The notes under the pieces: generated by a model
What the model was told of the DNA's origin: nothing
Seen by the model: the letters and a program-made list of their open reading frames with translations, nothing else
Database searches by the model: none
Position numbers and translations under genes: made by a program
In this document: in pieces, positions 28,335 to 35,700 of the stretch
How the letters are laid out: each line of letters starts with the position of its first letter
How positions within the stretch are numbered: the stretch's first letter is position 1
From: Candidatus Zhuqueibacterota bacterium
Lineage (GTDB): Bacteria; Zhuqueibacterota; Zhuqueibacteria; Thermofontimicrobiales; Thermofontimicrobiaceae
NCBI GenBank assembly: GCA_049322915.1
Contig: JBMOPW010000014.1
Span: forward strand, 280,973-344,972
Direction: 5' to 3'
Length of the DNA stretch: 64,000 nucleotides

Positions 28335-28399
28335 TATGGATAAAATATGGGTATTTTATGGATACAAAATGTAGATAACTTATGGATAGAATATGGATG
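28335..28399 (+). repeat. Six phased TATGGATA-like repeats upstream of and overlapping the fic start
   Basis: Units start at 28335, 28346, 28357, 28370, 28381 and 28392. Confidence 0.75.
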
Positions 28400-29457
28400 C
28401 ATTCGATAAAAAACTACACTTTGGATTTCGAACGAATCAAGAAATTTTAAAACTCATTTCAGAGATTGATTTGTTCAGGGGAAAGTGGGAGCACCTTGAG
28501 AGTCAAAATATCAGTATCTTAAAAGATCTCAGAAATTTTGCTACAATACAAAGTATCGGTTCTTCAACCAGGATAGAAGGAGCAACACTTTCGGATAAAG
28601 AGATAGAAGAATTAATTTCCGATTTAAAAATTAAAAAGCTTGAGACTCGTGATGAACAGGAAGTAATCGGATATTACGATGCTCTGGAATTAATCCTTGA
28701 AAGCAATGAAGCTATTCATCTTGCTGAAAATTATATTCTGCAATTACATTCTGTATTGCTCAAATACTCAACAAAGGACAGCGGGCAAGAAGGAGCATAT
28801 AAAAAGCTAACAAACAAAGTTGTGGCGAATTATCCGGATGGGACACAAAAAATAATTTTTAAGACGACCGAACCCTATTTAGTTCAGAAAGAAATGAATG
28901 AATTACTCGATTGGACAAATAGGAATTTTGAAAGTCAGGAAAACCATCCACTCTTGATATTGGGTTTATTTATATACGAATTTTTATCAATCCATCCTTT
29001 TCATGATGGAAATGGAAGATTGTCCAGATTATTAACAACGTTACTTTTAATAAAATTGGATTATGGTTTTGTTAAATACATTTCATTTGAACACTTGATT
29101 GAGAATCGAAAAGAACAGTATTATGCAGCTTTGATGGAATGTCAAAAAAATCGAAATACCGAAAATGAACATCTGGATAAATGGATACTATTTTTCCTGA
29201 ATTCATTAAAGCTGCTTACAGTAAAATTGACTATAAAACTTGGCGACACAGAAGGTAAACATATTTATATAAATGACAGGCAACAGAGAATTAAATCATT
29301 TATATTAGAAAATCAACCATGTAAAATTGGAGATATAGATAAATACTTTTCTGAAATCTCGATAAATACGTTAAAGAAAGATTTGCAATTCCTGGTAAAA
29401 AATAAAATCATCACCAAACATGGTGAAAGAAAATCCACAATATATTCAATTCCATAG
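28393..29457 (+). CDS. fic: Fic-family protein (class II-type inhibitory motif) with C-terminal HTH
   Basis: HPFHDGNGRLSR catalytic motif; N-terminal STRIEG (S/T)xxxE(G/N) motif; AT-rich DNA. Confidence 0.92.
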   Translation: MDAFDKKLHFGFRTNQEILKLISEIDLFRGKWEHLESQNISILKDLRNFATIQSIGSSTRIEGATLSDKEIEELISDLKIKKLETRDEQEVIGYYDALELILESNEAIHLAENYILQLHSVLLKYSTKDSGQEGAYKKLTNKVVANYPDGTQKIIFKTTEPYLVQKEMNELLDWTNRNFESQENHPLLILGLFIYEFLSIHPFHDGNGRLSRLLTTLLLIKLDYGFVKYISFEHLIENRKEQYYAALMECQKNRNTENEHLDKWILFFLNSLKLLTVKLTIKLGDTEGKHIYINDRQQRIKSFILENQPCKIGDIDKYFSEISINTLKKDLQFLVKNKIITKHGERKSTIYSIP

Positions 29458-29465
29458 TGTAGATG

Positions 29466-29522
29466 CCATGGCGCTCAAAAACGTGGACGGCAGTCACAAG
29501 ATTTCTTTGATGTTTTCGTTTT
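29466..29522 (+). repeat. 57-bp direct repeat, copy 2
   Basis: CCATGGCGCTCAAAAACGTGGACGGCAGTCACAAGATTTCTTTGATGTTTTCGTTTT. Confidence 0.95.
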
Positions 29523-29711
29523 GAGCGGTCGGGAAAATTCCTATATATAGGAATAAGTTAATTTATGATGGAGCCTAATAGTATTATGTTGGGCTTCTTT
29601 AATAGTTTTTATTCGGTTGTCAACCTTTTATATAGAAACAAGATTAGATAGTAGGATGAATAGGATATATTTACTATCAGATGCCTATCAATTTTTTTTT
29701 GGAGCAAGAAT

Positions 29712-30164
29712 GTGGAAATAAAAGAACTATTGGATGTGGGAAATTTTTTAGCTTCAGTTGCAGCTGCTATTGGTTTGATTCTTGTTGCTTGGCAAACGCG
29801 TGAAACTCAAAAGACAAGACAATTGCAAGCAACTATAGCAATTTTTGATGATCTAGGGTCGGAAGATAGCAGAACCGCTCGTAAATATGTATATACTAAA
29901 CTGTCTGACTTTGTTGAAAATTATAAAGATGTTGATAGATATAATGCAGAAAAAGTTATCGCATCATTAAATCGTGCAGCCCTGTTTTGTAATACAAAAC
30001 ACGTAAACAAGGAAATTATTTTTGCTATGTATGGGGAAGCTTTCGTAAAATGTTGGGACAAGCTAAGTAGTTATATTATAGAAAAAAGAAAGATATCAGG
30101 TGCACAATATGCTAGCGAGTTTGAAAATGCAGCAAAGAATGCTTCGAAGTACTGGAAGCTATGA
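29712..30164 (+). CDS. DUF4760-like membrane-anchored protein (cassette 1)
   Basis: N-terminal TM helix; C-terminal CWDKLSSYIIEKRK...EFE pattern; AT-rich. Confidence 0.6.
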   Translation: MEIKELLDVGNFLASVAAAIGLILVAWQTRETQKTRQLQATIAIFDDLGSEDSRTARKYVYTKLSDFVENYKDVDRYNAEKVIASLNRAALFCNTKHVNKEIIFAMYGEAFVKCWDKLSSYIIEKRKISGAQYASEFENAAKNASKYWKL

Positions 30165-30549
30165 TAGTCATTTATATTTCGCTTAGGAATCAATGAATTA
30201 CATGATAGTAACCAAACTTATTACATAAAAAAGTTGTAAATTACTAGCTCCATAGTGTATAACTTACTTAAAAAAAATATATTTTGTGAAACGACTTATT
30301 TGATTTTGTAGAAAAAGGAGTTTTATTAATTCCACAAACATCAATGGAACAAATCATTTGCAATATAAAAAATGAGGTTGAAATTTTGAGTTCGAGATAG
30401 CAACAATATTTGATATACAAATAAACCTGTTATTTAGATATGCTAAAGTAAAAGGATTTAAAACATCTTATGATATTAAGAGACATTAATTAAACAGTAA
30501 AACTTTACCTTGTCAGTAAATGCTAATAATAGCAATTATAAAGTCAATT

Positions 30550-30685
30550 GCCCAACAAAAGCATGCAGCCGAACCTCGAGCACTGTTTGAATTTAATTTA
30601 GTTAAGTGCATTATTTATATTTTCGAATATACAGAAATGTTCGGTGGGTATTAGCCCTCGGGTCGGCTGATGATCATCGTTGGGC
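30550..30685 (+). other. attC site (best preserved)
   Basis: R'' GCCCAAC ... R' GTTGGGC; CATGCAGCCGAACCTCGAG pairs with CTCGGGTCGGCTGATG, leaving extrahelical bases. Confidence 0.88.
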
Positions 30686-30717
30686 TGACGGCAGACGGAA
30701 CTGGAGGAGTTCAGAAG

Positions 30718-32523
30718 ATGATTGGGTCGATTGAAGAGCTTCTGACCTGCGCGCGCAACGGTACATTGCTTGAGCACAGAAGCGGCAACGTCGAATTGAA
30801 GCGGTCCTGGGACCAAGAGAATGGGAAGAAGCTCTCTGCCTTTGCCAACAGGCTGACCTCTATAGTGCAGTGGATGTGCATCGGGATTGCGGACGACGGG
30901 TCGTTGTGCGGCCGGACCGAAGCATGGGCCAAAAGCACCGAGGAGGCCGTTTCCCAGCACCTGAATCAGTACCTCGACCCGCAGGCTACGTGTGAGTTCA
31001 TCTCATGTCACGAGATCGACGGCCAATGGCTAGTCGTGATCAAGTTTTGCTCACCCGGCAGTGTGGTCTACTGGAACAATACTGCGTACAAGGGAGCTGG
31101 AACGACCATCAAAAGCATGACTCCCGAGGAGGTCATGCAACTGACCGTTGCTCTTCCCGGACTCACCGATTACTCAGCACAGCGGTGGGAAGGTATCCGT
31201 GATGAGGGGAAAGCGGGGGACTTCGTCCATGCCGTAGCAGCCAGACGCGAAGGCACAACACTAGAATCGATCACATCACTCACCATCGGCGAAGCGCTGG
31301 AGAGAATCGGTATTCGAGGCACGAATACGGAGCGCGTTCTTTTCGGAGACATCCAGTACCGCATCGTCAAGTACGACGCAGCCGGAACGCCCCTGTCGAA
31401 CGAGACACGTGTTGGCTTGCAGGATCTCCTCACTCCCCAGCTCTTCCTCGAAGTCCAGGAGTGGTCGAGGCAGACACTGGGCATTCGACAGCCCCCCTAT
31501 CCCGAGCGAGCCCTCAGGGAAGGACTTGCGAATGCGGTCGCACATGCAGCGTATTATGAGGCAGGCGGGGACATCATAGTCGAGTTGTACCCGGACCGTC
31601 TGAGCATCAGCAATCTCTGTCAGAAAGAGTCCCGGTACTTCGCCAACAAGTGGTTCTCTCGTGCACACAAGACAATGAACCGCGTCCTTATGGAAGCGCT
31701 CCGTCTGGCCGGCAGCGTTGATGAGCTGGGCCGTGGAAAGACTCTCATTTTTGCCGACTCACTCTGCAACGGAAAGCGACCACCGGAGGTCATCGTTGAA
31801 AAGGGAGGACGGTACGACCGCTGGCGCCTCATCATCCACGGGGGCGATCAGGATCGGCTGCATCTTCGTGTCTACGATAGGCTGCGGAGGATGTACCCTG
31901 ACGAGCACAAGGCACTGATTGCTCACGCGTTGGTGCTTTGGCGTGGGCAGACAGTGTCTCAGATTCGCCAATACGTCGACGGCGAGTCATCAAGGTCTTT
32001 CGCCGAGGTGCTCGCCGACTTGCGGGGGCCGATATTCTACTATCAGAAGCGCGACCAGATAATCCTCCGCAGGTGGGTCTCCGTGCTTCTTGGCGAAGGC
32101 AAGGACTCGAAAAAGCTGTCTGCCGCCGAGGAGGAAGACCTTTTTGAGTATGTTCGGAAGTTCCACACGGAGTTCCACAGGGGGTACATCACTCCAAAGG
32201 AGCTACGTGAAGCGGCGGATATGGGGCATACTCCTTCCGAGGTTGTTCTAGGTTCCCAGATACTGCGAAAGTGGACAGAAGAGGGAAAGGTCGAGAGGGT
32301 CAAGAAGGGCCTCTACAAACTCATTCCGCCCCAAACGTCCGTCGTGCCGGAGGACCTTTTCGAAATGCTCCTAAGGGAATTCAACACTGGCACGGAGCGG
32401 AAGCCGGATGCCCTACAGACGGTCGGAGGCGACGCCGGAACCCGCGCCGCGGACGGCGCGGCTCCCGAAGCGCTCCTCAACCGCGCCGTTAACCCTAGAC
32501 CAGAGATAGACCATTCATCATAG
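30718..32523 (+). CDS. AlbA_2 (Schlafen-like) + HATPase_c_4/RecG-C-like protein (cassette 2)
   Basis: VELKRS...LSAFAN...IGIADDG; YPERALREGLANAVAH...DELGRG. ATG 30718 follows GGAGG. GC-rich relative to neighbours. Confidence 0.8.
   Translation: MIGSIEELLTCARNGTLLEHRSGNVELKRSWDQENGKKLSAFANRLTSIVQWMCIGIADDGSLCGRTEAWAKSTEEAVSQHLNQYLDPQATCEFISCHEIDGQWLVVIKFCSPGSVVYWNNTAYKGAGTTIKSMTPEEVMQLTVALPGLTDYSAQRWEGIRDEGKAGDFVHAVAARREGTTLESITSLTIGEALERIGIRGTNTERVLFGDIQYRIVKYDAAGTPLSNETRVGLQDLLTPQLFLEVQEWSRQTLGIRQPPYPERALREGLANAVAHAAYYEAGGDIIVELYPDRLSISNLCQKESRYFANKWFSRAHKTMNRVLMEALRLAGSVDELGRGKTLIFADSLCNGKRPPEVIVEKGGRYDRWRLIIHGGDQDRLHLRVYDRLRRMYPDEHKALIAHALVLWRGQTVSQIRQYVDGESSRSFAEVLADLRGPIFYYQKRDQIILRRWVSVLLGEGKDSKKLSAAEEEDLFEYVRKFHTEFHRGYITPKELREAADMGHTPSEVVLGSQILRKWTEEGKVERVKKGLYKLIPPQTSVVPEDLFEMLLREFNTGTERKPDALQTVGGDAGTRAADGAAPEALLNRAVNPRPEIDHSS
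32410..32494 (+). other. Degenerate attC site lying inside the 3' end of the AlbA ORF
   Basis: GCCCTAC...CGGTCGGAGG / CCTCAACCG...GTTAACC with a GC-rich central hairpin. Confidence 0.72.
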
Positions 32524-32536
32524 ATAAGGGGAGAAC

Positions 32537-32917
32537 ATGAGTGAAAAACACGAAGAATGGTTGAAGCAAGCTGATTATGACATGGGTACGGCGGATGCCA
32601 TGTTTCAGAGCGGTCGGTATTTCTATGCCGTATTCATGTGTCATTTATCCATTGAGAAGTCGTTAAAGGGTCTGTATGCAGAAGTATTGGAGGAAATCCC
32701 GCCTAAAACTCATAACCTCCTATACCTTCTGGATAAAATTGGCAAGAGACCCGAACAGGAGTTGGAAAAATTTATGATCAGGCTGAATACTGCGAGTGTC
32801 GCCACTCGCTATCCAGATGATTTAGCGAAAATCCAGTCGGCCTACACCGAAGAAATCACCAAAAGTATGATCACCAAAAGCAAGGAGGTGTTGGCATGGG
32901 TCAAGACACAGTTTTAA
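32537..32917 (+). CDS. HEPN-domain protein (HEPN-MNT pair)
   Basis: EWLKQADYD...CHLSIEKSLKG...KTHNL...TRYP. Confidence 0.9.
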   Translation: MSEKHEEWLKQADYDMGTADAMFQSGRYFYAVFMCHLSIEKSLKGLYAEVLEEIPPKTHNLLYLLDKIGKRPEQELEKFMIRLNTASVATRYPDDLAKIQSAYTEEITKSMITKSKEVLAWVKTQF

Positions 32918-33207
32918 GTATAGTCCACAAATTCAAACAGGCCCTGGAAGCCACTATTCGAGTGGAACAATTGATTTTATTTGGTTCCCATGCAGGCGGA
33001 ACTGCTCGTGAGGATAGCGATATTGACCTGGTTGTCATTTCACCGAGTTTTTCAGGGAAAACGTATTGGGAACGCATAGATATTCTCTCTGAGGCTATTT
33101 ATAAAGTGTTTGCACCAATCGAAGCCTCAGCATTTACTCCGGACGAATGGAAATCCGGGAAATCGTTGCTCTCGGACTATGCCAAAAATGGTGTATTGAT
33201 ATTATGA
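32896..33207 (+). CDS. Minimal nucleotidyltransferase (MNT)
   Basis: LFGSHAGG...DSDIDLVVIS; overlaps the HEPN gene. Confidence 0.9.
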   Translation: MGQDTVLSIVHKFKQALEATIRVEQLILFGSHAGGTAREDSDIDLVVISPSFSGKTYWERIDILSEAIYKVFAPIEASAFTPDEWKSGKSLLSDYAKNGVLIL

Positions 33208-33432
33208 GATGATGCTCTCATGCCGGTTAAGGGATTCTTATCAATACAAAGGGTCAGGATTCCTACCCCCCTTGAAAATCGGTTATGTTCGATTTTCGGC
33301 AGAGTATTGTCACATAATTGGTTCCGAATAACATCTTTGGTGGCTAAAAGAATGATAAGGGGTGAAGCTAAAAAAAGTAGGTCAAGTAGGATAGTATAAA
33401 GATAGTTGAAAGAAGTAAACCAAAAAAATTAA

Positions 33433-33563
33433 TCCTAACCGCACTGTGAGAATCCGAACGGGTGGATGCCCGCATCGGTTTAAAATTTAATTTTGACGTT
33501 TAGTGCCATGCAGGTTTCGGTAGGAGAGCATCACGAACCCCGCAGTAAACAACCGAGTTATGC
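33433..33563 (+). other. Degenerate attC-like site
   Basis: TCCTAAC ... GTTATGC, 131 bp, with partial inner complementarity (GATGC/GCATC). Confidence 0.5.
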
Positions 33564-33894
33564 GCAATTAGGCAGGTGAAAAAGCAGCATCAACATAGAG
33601 AGAACAGCAGTTGATGATTCAGTATAAATGATTGAATTGAAAAAATCAATCGCTATTTCAAAAGGGCATAAACGAAGAAATAATAAGAAGTAGGTGGAAT
33701 GAGTATTTTGACAATTAAAACATCTGCCGCGAAAAAGGGACCTGACTCAAAAGCAAACTTTTGTATGAATTGGTTTGGGGATAAACTTCAGAATTCAAAA
33801 GTTAAGCATGAATTCTTTGACATATCGAAAATAAAATATTTTCTGATTATAGAATTTTAAGAGTGAATGAAAAATCGGTAGGCATAAAGTCAGG

Positions 33895-34021
33895 GCATAG
33901 CATCTTGCTGCCCCAGATAAAAACGCCGATTCTTTTAATCAGTTATGGCGGTAACAAAAAGTTCAGTTATTCGAATCGGCTGTCTCTGATGCGTTTTCAA
34001 CCGGTGAGCACGTTGTTAGAT
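33895..34021 (+). other. Degenerate attC site
   Basis: GCATAGC...TGCTGCCCCAGATAAAAACGC / GCGTTTTCAACCGGTGAGCA...GTTAGAT. Confidence 0.75.
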
Positions 34022-34046
34022 GTTCAAAAAATTAGGTAGGAATTTA

Positions 34047-34862
34047 ATGTCTAAAAGTGGTGAATTATTAGTAGCAATTATGAATAATCAGATTGATTTT
34101 TCAATTGCTCGTGATAGACATTGGTATCGAATTCCAGTTGACAGTGTGAGTAAGTGGTTAAAAAATAAATGGCCACCTCAATGGTTATCATTCTATCAGA
34201 CAAAAGCTTTTCAAGAAAAAGCACATTCCATTCAGTACTATTCTCGAGTATTAAAAATAAACATAGCAAAAAGATGGCAGCTTTTTCCAGAACGACCAAT
34301 AGAAAAAAATAGTGATAAACTTTATTACCAATTACTAATCGAGCCGCTAAAAAAATTGTCAAAACCAATATATAGTAGACGTTGGCGTCGAATTGTTTTT
34401 ATTCCAACAACATGGGAAAAATTTAAAGTGGCGATGGAGATCAATGATCTTTATGAAGGGAGCCCATTAGAAGATAAATTATGGGCGGCATTAAAGATGC
34501 TCGATATTCCCGCAGAACGCCAAGAGTACATAAAAGTAAGAAATAAAAACTATTTTCTTGATTTTGCTATTTACTGTGAAAAAGGGAAATTAAATATAGA
34601 GACAGATGGTGATAAGTGGCATCACACGCCGGAGAAGGCACCGCAAGATAATTTAAGAAACAACGACTTAGTGACATCTGGCTGGCAAGTATTACGTTTT
34701 ACAGGTAATCAAATCCATGATCAAATGTCTAAATATTGCATACCTAAAATAGTTGATGAAATAAATAATTTAGGCGGAGTAGAGATCGATAAAAGTACTT
34801 ATAGACGAATAGACTTAGGACTACCTGGTACCACCTTCCAACAAAGCTTTTTTGATAAGTAA
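34047..34862 (+). CDS. DUF559/Vsr-like endonuclease domain protein with uncharacterised N-terminal domain
   Basis: SPLEDKLW...YFLDFA...IETDGDKWH...DNLRNN...GWQVLRF; start ATG 34047 lies downstream of the attC. Confidence 0.85.
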   Translation: MSKSGELLVAIMNNQIDFSIARDRHWYRIPVDSVSKWLKNKWPPQWLSFYQTKAFQEKAHSIQYYSRVLKINIAKRWQLFPERPIEKNSDKLYYQLLIEPLKKLSKPIYSRRWRRIVFIPTTWEKFKVAMEINDLYEGSPLEDKLWAALKMLDIPAERQEYIKVRNKNYFLDFAIYCEKGKLNIETDGDKWHHTPEKAPQDNLRNNDLVTSGWQVLRFTGNQIHDQMSKYCIPKIVDEINNLGGVEIDKSTYRRIDLGLPGTTFQQSFFDK

Positions 34863-34889
34863 ATAGTATATTTTTAAAAATAAATAATC

Positions 34890-35020
34890 ATCTATCAATC
34901 GGCTCACGTTGACCGCAGGGGGTGTGCGTCAATTTAGTTTTAACGTTCCACATAGAGTCTTTTAGTTAATCAAAGTCCAGTGCCCTGCAAGCTTGCGGCG
35001 ACTTTGCCGTGCCGTTATGT
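34890..35020 (+). other. Degenerate attC site
   Basis: ATCTATC...CGGCTCACGTTGACCGCAGG / CTTGCGGCGACTTTGCCG...GTTATGT. Confidence 0.75.
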
Positions 35021-35033
35021 GAGAAAAATTAAT

Positions 35034-35288
35034 ATGAGTAAATATGAACAATTAATACAACAAATACTCGGTGGTAGAGCCGACGCAAATATTAACTTTA
35101 ATGATTTATGCAACCTTTTGCTCCGATGTGGATTTGAGATGAGAGTGTGTGGAAGTCATCATATTTTCAGAAAAGCAGGGATTGAAGAGAAAATAAATTT
35201 ACAAAAAGATGGCAATAAAGCAAAGCCCTACCAGGTGAAACAAGTAAGAAATATCATTTTAAAATATAAACTCGGAGGTCAAGACTAA
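35034..35288 (+). CDS. hicA: HicA-family toxin
   Basis: GSHHIF...INLQ...AKPYQVKQV; start ATG 35034. Confidence 0.9.
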   Translation: MSKYEQLIQQILGGRADANINFNDLCNLLLRCGFEMRVCGSHHIFRKAGIEEKINLQKDGNKAKPYQVKQVRNIILKYKLGGQD

Positions 35289-35500
35289 TGGAACGGTACG
35301 AAATAATAATTTATTGGAGTGAAGAGGACAATGTATATATAGCAGAAGTTCCTGAACTTCCCGGATGTATGGCACATGGGGAAAGTTATGAATCAGCATT
35401 AAAAAACGTTAAAGAAGCCATCCAACTTTGGATAAAAACAGCAGAGGAGTTTAACGATTTTATTCCTGAACCAAAGGGTCGTCGTCTTGTTTACGCGTAA
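35288..35500 (+). CDS. hicB: HicB-family antitoxin (short form, no DNA-binding domain)
   Basis: YWSEED...VPELPGCMAHGES...EAI...IPEP; TAATG coupling to hicA. Confidence 0.9.
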   Translation: MERYEIIIYWSEEDNVYIAEVPELPGCMAHGESYESALKNVKEAIQLWIKTAEEFNDFIPEPKGRRLVYA

Positions 35501-35513
35501 CATTATAAAAAAA

Positions 35514-35586
35514 ACCTTACCAATCGCTGTCCTAGATTGCCCTTTCGTTAGCGCTACAGGGCAACCTGTTAGCTTGTTTTTGTATT
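35514..35586 (+). other. Degenerate terminal attC site
   Basis: ACCTTAC...GCTGTCCTAGATTGCCCT / AGGGCAACCTGTTAGC; R' box eroded. Confidence 0.55.
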
Positions 35587-35700
35587 GCCTGAATGTTTGA
35601 AATGAAAATAGAAAAAAATTATAATCAATTTTCCTCGGGCCAAAAGCCCAGTATAAAATTAATATGAATATGTATTGGCCTTCGTTGGGAGTATTAACCC

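Larger units (their letters stand above)
29588..35586 (+). mobile_element. Integron gene-cassette array without integrase in the window (CALIN-like), decaying
   Basis: Six attC-like hairpins. The GTTRRRY at each cassette start is complementary to the R'' box at that cassette's end. Mosaic GC content; TA cargo. Confidence 0.82.

Noticed and set aside
28335..28399. Short repeats as a possible CRISPR array
   Set aside because: Units are 8 bp with 3-5 bp gaps, and no cas genes are present.
28205..29522. Repeat pair as a DGR template/variable repeat
   Set aside because: Mismatches are C/T and G/T rather than adenine-specific, and no reverse transcriptase is in the window.
33225..33432. Complete attC after the MNT gene
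   Set aside because: Only the R''-like GGTTAAG and a small hairpin remain, with no matching L/R' arm, so it is not annotated as a full site.
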